This document shows, piece by piece, positions 56,157 to 64,000 of a stretch of 64,000 nucleotides of DNA. The number at the start of each line of letters is the position of its first letter. Position 1 is the first letter of the stretch. A program made the position numbers and the translations under genes. This DNA is from Eledone cirrhosa (taxonomy: Eukaryota): contig OZ024746.1 in assembly GCA_964016885.1 (NCBI GenBank), positions 28,024,001 to 28,088,000 on the forward strand, read 5' to 3'. The notes under the pieces were generated by a model that searched no databases, was not told the origin of the DNA, and was given only the letters and a program-made list of their open reading frames with translations.

Positions 56157-57899
56157 TTTTACGTCCATATATGTAGAGTTGCACTGTCATATTGCTGGTT
56201 TTTCAGATCAACTTTCTGGGGATAACATTTGACTTTGATTTTCCATATTTCGAAATGTTCATAATTTAATTAAAACCATTTGATGTTAATTTTGTGTAAG
56301 AACCTTTTGTCAACTTATATTTCAGATGCCAACTTATTATTGAAAGGGTTAGTTATTTTAGTAAATCCACCAAAATCACTTTATTTTTCTTTAGTGAAAC
56401 ACATAGGCAGAGTTTTTCATTAGAAATATGATCATGAAAGAATTAAATTATATTAAGACTAATATTTTATGATTTCTTTTTCAATATGTATGTAATATGA
56501 TTGAATTCTTTCTATTTTTTTTTTCATAAAAGATGAAAATTTTGTAATTGTCAATTATTAACTTTTTCCCAATTTCTAGGGATGTTCCATTCTATATTTG
56601 ACTTTAATTTTGAAATATCTCCCTTTATTAGTTCATCCCAGATCAATATGAGCATTCAATAACATGATTGGATTTTATTCTGTAGAACTCAACTGACAAA
56701 AATTATATAGAGATAAAAACAAAAAATATTTTCCGAACAGTTGTTGAGTTGGAAAAGAACAAATTTAATTTGCTTTCCATATTGATTTTCCAATAACACC
56801 ATATCTGTTGCGATGGAAGCATTTCTGTATTCTTTATTTTCCTTTAATATAAATATATATATATATATATTTCATAAGTAATCTAAAGCTATATATTCAG
56901 TAGTTAATCCAACACTATATATTGTGTCATTAATTCAACACTATATATTCTGAATAATCCAAAGCTATATATTCTGTGGTTAATATTGGCAAGAATACCA
57001 TTAATTCAAAGACTTGATAAATAAAATGCTTGCGAAATAGCTGCAATGGTCATTCCTGTGTAAATGGGTTGTAAGTATATTTATCATACTGCAGGAATTG
57101 AAAACTAGAAACTCAAGAAACTAGCAATAATATTATAGGATGCCCTCTCATGTATTTTGGAAAACATCAGATAGATGTTGCTTTATTGGCCCTGGGGGAA
57201 AGAACTGTGAATGCCTTACTCTGTGAGGGGGCCAGTCTAACTCCTCACAGAGCTTCTTTGTGTAGGTAATTGGATAATCTTATCACACGCAGTTGCAGTA
57301 AGTAGGGAGGTGGTTCATGGACCCAGGATGCCACATGTTTCTGCAACTATGGGTTAAAAAAAGCCAGTCCATCTCATGTTGCTTGTTTTTGTGACTGGCC
57401 AACTCTCTCCCATTCAGAACAATTAGAAAAGTGACTTTTGGACGCAGGATACCACATGTTTCTAGTGCTGTGAGTTTAACAAGAAGCTATTTCAGCCCCT
57501 CATTTGGCTCATTCTCGTGGGTAGTCATCTCCAATCAAATCACAATAATTAGTGAGGTGGTTTGATGACACAAGACAACAGATGATCAAGTGCTATAAGT
57601 TTGCCAGCAGACTTACCAAAAGTTGCCAATAATTTGACAATTTGCAGGTTGCTTCTTTGCAGGTGCATTAATTAGATTAAAACATAATGAATTAAAGGAA
57701 GCATTCAATCATAAAGGAATCAAACAATTGAATTTCTTGGTTGATGGTTAAATTGTTAATATATCATTTATAATATCTTTAAATTTCAGCAAACCACCTG
57801 AAATTACTATTGGTTCTACAATACAAAGTTGTTTATTTTGGAGTGATTATATTCAATTAAAAGCTTTCTATCATGTAAGAACTTTTGTTAAGTTGTGCT

Positions 57900-58202
57900 T
57901 CAAACACTAACTTAATAATGAGAAACTTAGTTATAATATTAATTTCTTCAAACCATTTTTATTACTTTCAAAATTATCTAAAAATTATAGGCAGTGTCTT
58001 CTTTAATTAGAAATATGGTAACTAAAGGGTTAAAATGTTAAACTTTACAAATTTTTCATCATAATGTTTACCATCATATGTTCCAAACACTAGATTAATA
58101 TTTTAGAAAGTTAGTTATGTTACTAAATCCCTTCAAATTCGTTATTATTTATAAAATTATAGGCAGTGTATTTCATTAAAAAAATGTTAATGGAAGGGTT
58201 AA
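57900..58202 (-). mobile_element. Two tandem TTAACCC-terminated MITE-like ends
   Basis: They end GGGTTAA at 58033 and 58202; homologous to 38994-39125. Confidence 0.55.
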
Positions 58203-58838
58203 AAAGATGAAAATTAATAAGAAAATAAGAAATAAGAAGTAAAGGGAGTCAGATGAGAGTGAAGTGGTAGACCTTCCATTTATATATTATTTGAAAGTCA
58301 AAATAATATGGATATTTATTTCCCCAATATGAATCACATTTCCCTTCAGTTTTTTATATCCTGAGAAAAGAGCTAGAAGAAATGGAAATGGTTAACAAAT
58401 ATTAATGTCTTTCTTTATTTAAACTATTTACTAAAAACTTGAAATCTTCTCTGCAATATTTAAGCATTTCTATTGTGAGTTTTCATTTATTTCCTTATTT
58501 ATTCTTAATCTAAATAATGGAAATCTAAAATTCAATTACTTGGCTCCATTTTAAAAGATATTTTAGAGAGGAAAAATAAAATCAAATCGATGGCAAACAT
58601 AATAGCATAATTTTTCAATGTGTTGCGGGAATTTTCTTCTCTCTAATAGAATTAAGAAAATATATGTTGGAATTCTTTCCTGAATTCCCATTCTAAATCT
58701 CTGTGAAGCGCTACTCAATACATATGACTTTGGCAGCAGATACAATGGTAGAAATATAAAACCAGGTTGGATTAACAAAAATATAAATAAATAACTGAAT
58801 AAATAATAATTACTATTATTGTTGTTGTAGTTGTTGTA

Positions 58839-58882
<44 letters not shown>

Positions 58883-59641
58883 TCAGTAATTAAATAACAA
58901 TTCTATTGAATTAAAAATAATATTTACGAATGAAAGAGAGACAATAGAAAATAATCTATCTTGCATTTTCTTTTTTATGAAAACATACATACACACATAC
59001 ACACACACATACATACACACACACACACACACACATATACACATACATACTGCCATAGATAAACCCCACACATATACACACATACATACACACATATATA
59101 TACACACACACACATAAACTTACAAATACAGTCACACACATACAGCCACAGATCAACTTACACATATACACACACACACACATACTACCATAGAAACCCA
59201 CACATACAGCAGAAATTCACAAATATACACACAATTAAACCCACACACATATGCCTAAATCTTCTACACATATACAACACACAATGACTAAAGCCCCCCC
59301 CCCCCCCCCCACACACACATATACATACATTTTATACACATAGGCTAAAGCCCCCCCCCCCCTTATACACACAGATAACTTAAATATTTGCAATGTAATA
59401 CAATTTAATGGATAAAGTAACATACACACACAGACTAACACACTGAAAGAGACATACAGACAGACAGACAGACAGACACTGAAAGAGACTTATACACGCA
59501 CACACAGACAGACACTGACATGTACACACACACACACACACATGTACACACACACACACACAAACTAATTAACACACTGAAAGAGACATACACACACACA
59601 CACACGCGCATATACACACACACACACACTTAAAGAGACAT

Positions 59642-59674
<33 letters not shown>

Positions 59675-60061
59675 GAAACACTGAATGAGACACACACACA
59701 TGCAAACTAATTAACACATGAAAGAGACATACACACACACGCGCATACACTGAAAGAAACACATACACACGCGCACACACACACACACAGAGACACTGAA
59801 TGAGACATGCAAACTAATTAACACATGAAAGAGACATACACGCACACACATACATATAAATAACATAGATTGTAAGTGTACAACATCACAATCACACACT
59901 CACATACATACACACATCACACACACACATAAAATAAGGTGTTATATAGATTGTATATATACTGCATATACAGACACACACACATCACACACAGTCATAC
60001 ATTCACACACACACACACACACAAAACCATAGACTGACACATTCATATACACAACATATAC

Positions 60062-60315
60062 CCCAGGGCTACCTCACTACTCATCACCATAGGCGCTGAG
60101 CTGGCCAATCGCAGGTGTGAGCCCCGCGAGTTGGAGTGGCTTTTCCAGCGCGTCTCCGTTGCCATCCTCCGCTGGAACGCCTGCTCCATCCTGTCCGCCG
60201 GGGCTGTGAGGGGGCCCCATCGCATAACATTCCATATTTAAGTATCCGAAACACAAAACCTGTTTATTTAGTCGACATTCACTTCCTTCTGGTAATATAT
60301 GTACATGTGATAAAT
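60062..60315 (+). mobile_element. CRE-clade non-LTR retrotransposon 3' fragment
   Basis: GC-rich; translates PRATSLLITIG...EPRELEWLFQRVSVAILRWNACSIL, matching the CRE C-terminal LxQRISVAIQRGNA motif. Confidence 0.75.
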
Positions 60316-60345
60316 GATACAACAACAACAACATATTTAAATAAT

Positions 60346-60527
60346 TCTTTCTACATTTGGCACAAGGCCAGCAAATACCCAGTGTATTACTGGTACTTTA
60401 TTTTATCGACCCCGTAAGGATGAAAGGCAAAGTTAACCTCGATGGGATTTGAACTCAGAATGGCAAGGGCCGTAACTCTATGTGTCAAAGCATGGCATCC
60501 GACCCTCTACCGATACTGCCAATCCAC
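60346..60527 (-). mobile_element. tRNA-derived SINE with 20-bp target-site duplication
   Basis: A box TGGCAGTATCGG, B box GAGTTCAAATCC, Nin/Deu-like GGGGTCGATAAAATAAAGTACCAG; CAACAACATATTTAAATAAT at 60326-60345 and 60528-60547. Confidence 0.88.
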
Positions 60528-61968
60528 CAACAACATATTTAAATAATATAGGTTTTATATAGGTTTTAAGTATACCACATACACACACACACACACACAC
60601 TGACTCATACATACACACACTCACACATACATAAACTCATGTGTACACAGACTCACACATTTACACATACACATACTTACACATGCATATGCATACACCC
60701 ACTCACATGTACATAAACTCACATATTTACAGACTCACACATACACAGACTCACACATTCACACATACACACACACACATACACATGCATATGCATACAC
60801 AGACTCACGTGTACATAAACTCACATATTCATAGACTCACACATACACAGGCTCACACATTCACAGACTCACAATCTCACACATTCACAAATTCACACAC
60901 ACAGACATACATACTCACACATACAGAAACTCACACATTCATAGACTCACACATACTGTAACACACACATATATGAAGACACATGCACTCACACATTTCC
61001 AAACATACAGATACAGGCTTACATATAAACATACTCACATATTGTCATATGTTTACACATACAGCCACATAGCTGTCAGAGTGACTAATCTTTTGAGTAT
61101 CTTGGCAATGGTGGGAGGAAGGGGGAAGAGGGGACAAAGACACAATCATTCATGGTAGGAGAAAGGAAATTCTTGTGGTGGTGGTGGTGCTGATGGTTGT
61201 GGTAGTGTTGGCGTTGTTGTTGTTGGTGGTGGTGGTAGTGGTAGTGATGTCGGTCTTGGTGGTAATGGTGATAGTGAAGAGGGCTGCAGTGGTGGGGGTT
61301 GTGGTAGTGATATTGGTGGTGGTGATGGTGATGAAAGTGGTTGTGATGGTGGTGGTGGTGGTAGTAGTGGTGGTGGTGGAGGTGGTAGTAGTGGTGGTGG
61401 TAGTGGTAGGGCCATGATGGTAAAATTGTTCCAGCCACTTCCTTCTCCAATTGATGTATTGATTTCTGCAGATTGCTATGTTCCATACACACACATAGAC
61501 ACATACACAACACAAACATACACTCACACACACACTCATACATGCATGCATACATAAATACATATATACATGCATACATATATACATACATATATAAATA
61601 CATACATATATCCATAAATACATACATACAAAATACATACATATATTCATACATATATGCATACCTACCTACCTACATATATAGATACATATATACGTAT
61701 TGTATATATTTTTTACAAAATGAAAAACACAACACATAACAGTAATGTTTGGTTAATGTGCTTGGAAACTTGGAATCTTTAGAATTCCTGGTATATACAA
61801 TAAAAGCAATTCATTCCAATAGCACCAACAATTTGACAATGGTAAAATGGTAAAGGCCAGCATAACATGCAGTCATGTTTTATATTCTCTATTGCAAACC
61901 ATGTTATTGAAACATAGTGTGTTATAGGAATGGCATGTCACAGAAATACACTTTATAGCATAATGATG

Positions 61969-62006
<38 letters not shown>

Positions 62007-62190
62007 TGTTTCTACTTTTGGCACAAGGCCAGCAATTACCCAGTACATTACTGGTACTTTATTTTATCGACCCCGTAAGGATGAAAGGCAAAGTTAACCT
62101 CGACGGGATTTGAACTCAGACTGTAAAGGGACGTAACTATGCTAGAAAGCATGGCATCCAACCCTCTACCGATACTGCCAATTCATCATC
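62007..62190 (-). mobile_element. tRNA-derived SINE (same family) with (AAT)n adjacent
   Basis: Close homologue of 60346-60527; its 3' ~60 nt also occur at 23195-23255 and 24260-24318. Confidence 0.88.
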
Positions 62191-63284
62191 CTCAATATTA
62201 TTAATAATAATAATAAATGAAAAAAATAGAAAAATATCAAACTGAATACCAACTCTACAGCATGGTGATATTTCCAGTTGTTGTGAAGGGAGGTTTGGGC
62301 TCAATATCACTAAAACTGAGAGTGGAATATCAAACAAACCTTGAATTACAAATTGCTCTCCTACAAATGACTGCCTTGTTGATCACAAAACATACATTCA
62401 AAATAGTACTGTCTGTCTAGCATCCTTGGTACAGTGCATATATTAAGGAATGTACTTCTGTCTAACATGTTTGATACAACATATATATTGAGGAAAGTAC
62501 TATCTACCATCCTTGGGGACACTCAAAACATAGTAGGGAATCCAGTAATTATATTTACTGAGCAAACCATCAATAATTATAATAAAAATAAATAGTTAAA
62601 ACGTCAATGATAGAATCTTCTACAAGGATAATTGAACAACTGTATTACTATATTGTTATTCTTTGTCCTAAGGTATCCAAATGATAGCCATTCAAATCCC
62701 ATCAAGGTCATCAAAAATTCCAACCAGTACAAGGATCAATTCTTCATCCCCTCCTCTCCCCCAATTCTCTCTCTCTCTTTCAATGGAAGAAATCAGCTGA
62801 GGAGAGAGATCAACTCTGCCATCTTTAAATGCCCATCAAGAGTACATGGTCTATGGATAGTTTCATTGTTCTATATGTATGACATGTAGTCAAATAGTTG
62901 TCTCTATCTGAGTAGAAGAGATGCATTTTGTTATTGAGAATATTTCCAAAGTTTCTGAAGCCTTGGGGATCACATCTGTTGTTGTGTAGAACTGTGTGTA
63001 TCTGGGTTAGAAGAGGTACAGCATAACTCTGCATGTCACAAGAGGAGACTAAGGGGATTGGAAGTTACACAGCTGTAAACCATTGCATCATAAAGGTCCC
63101 TATAATAGATATGAAGCCTGTAAGGCTAACCACTGTTTTAATGGAGGAAATGGCTCTAAAATGCTTATTTGATTTGTGTGGAAAATCATGAGTTGTGAGT
63201 TCAATTCCCAGGGTATTTAGTCTCCCAAGCTCCTCCATTCATACAACAGCTATGTATTGAGACAAGAGTATTCTTGTCTAATTG

Positions 63285-63553
63285 CAGAGACGTTCTAGTG
63301 CTGCAGCTTGGCTTGGTCTATGTTGATACCTTTACGCAGTGTCATAATGACAGAGAGGTTGAGATACTGCAGCCTGACCTGGTCTATGTGTTGTAAGGAC
63401 AGAGAGTTTCTGGTACTGCAGCCTGGCCTGGTCTATGTTGAGACCTTCACTCAGTGCTGTAATGGCCTAGAGTCTGCGATGCTGTAGCTTGGACTGGTCT
63501 ATGTTGATACCTTCACACAATGCTGAGAAGACAATAGAGGTTGAGATACTGTA
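63285..63553. repeat. ~66-bp degenerate tandem repeat (about 4 copies)
   Basis: CTGCAGC.TGG..TGGTCTATGTTGA.ACCTT recurs. Confidence 0.8.
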
Positions 63554-63716
63554 CCAGTGCTACTGGTAACATGTAAGCCAGTACAACCAGTCACATGCTT
63601 GGGTCGTTGGCGACTAAACCAGCAACCCCTCAAATTTTGCTTCGGATACCCTGCAGGATGAAAAACAAAACCTGACAAAGGGTGGAAGAACTCATGAGAG
63701 TCAACAGCTATCCAAA
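63554..63716 (+). mobile_element. Copy of the 5' part of the RTE-derived element at 26654
   Basis: GTGCTACTGGTAACATGTA...CGTTGGCGACTAAAC...AAAAACAAAACCTG is shared. Confidence 0.7.
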
Positions 63717-64000
63717 TGTGTGTACAGATGTATATATCATGTGGGTGTGTAAATAGAGATATGTTAATTAATGAGTTTGCAGAGCTGCAGTAGATTTCAC
63801 TGGTTGACACTGAATAGTCTTTTGTGGCATCCTTGTGTCCCAGTGTCTGTTCAACATGCCACTCAGCAAACTTATGATGTGCAATATATGCTCATTCAAG
63901 TTGACTGCCTAGCCTCTCTTAGTTTGAAGACCGACCTATGTGGTGAAAAGCCACATCCTACATGAGGTGCCTCTGATATGTCTATCATAAGATAATGTAG

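Noticed and set aside
57290-57605. ~120-bp degenerate direct repeats
   Set aside because: Too diverged to classify; no coding or structural signal seen.
61085-61662. His-, Pro- or Thr-rich ORFs
   Set aside because: Derived from degenerate (GGT/AGT)n repeats.

Overview
AT-rich, microsatellite-saturated animal DNA. It is probably from a cephalopod (octopus-like) genome, inferred only from the SINE tails and the repeat landscape. I find no supportable host protein-coding gene, and nearly all listed ORFs are microsatellite artefacts. The window holds three decayed Penelope-like retroelements (PLEs; RT and/or GIY-YIG), remnants of Dong/R4, CRE and RTE non-LTR elements, tRNA-derived SINEs and TTAACCC-ended MITE-like pieces. 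The main signal is about 25 type I hammerhead ribozyme (HHR) motifs with intact catalytic cores. Fourteen lie in an apparently identical 310-bp tandem array (34421-38681) that flips orientation at 37250/37251, and three belong to a ~428-bp repeat family. Both resemble non-LTR retrozymes (circular-RNA retroelements). Most of the others sit in short head-to-head fold-back islands inserted in (TA)n tracts, and one lies in a PLE 3' end. Several unrelated families share a covarying RCUC...UN-GAGY-RCY hairpin near their 3' ends. All folds and alignments were done by eye, so boundaries are approximate.
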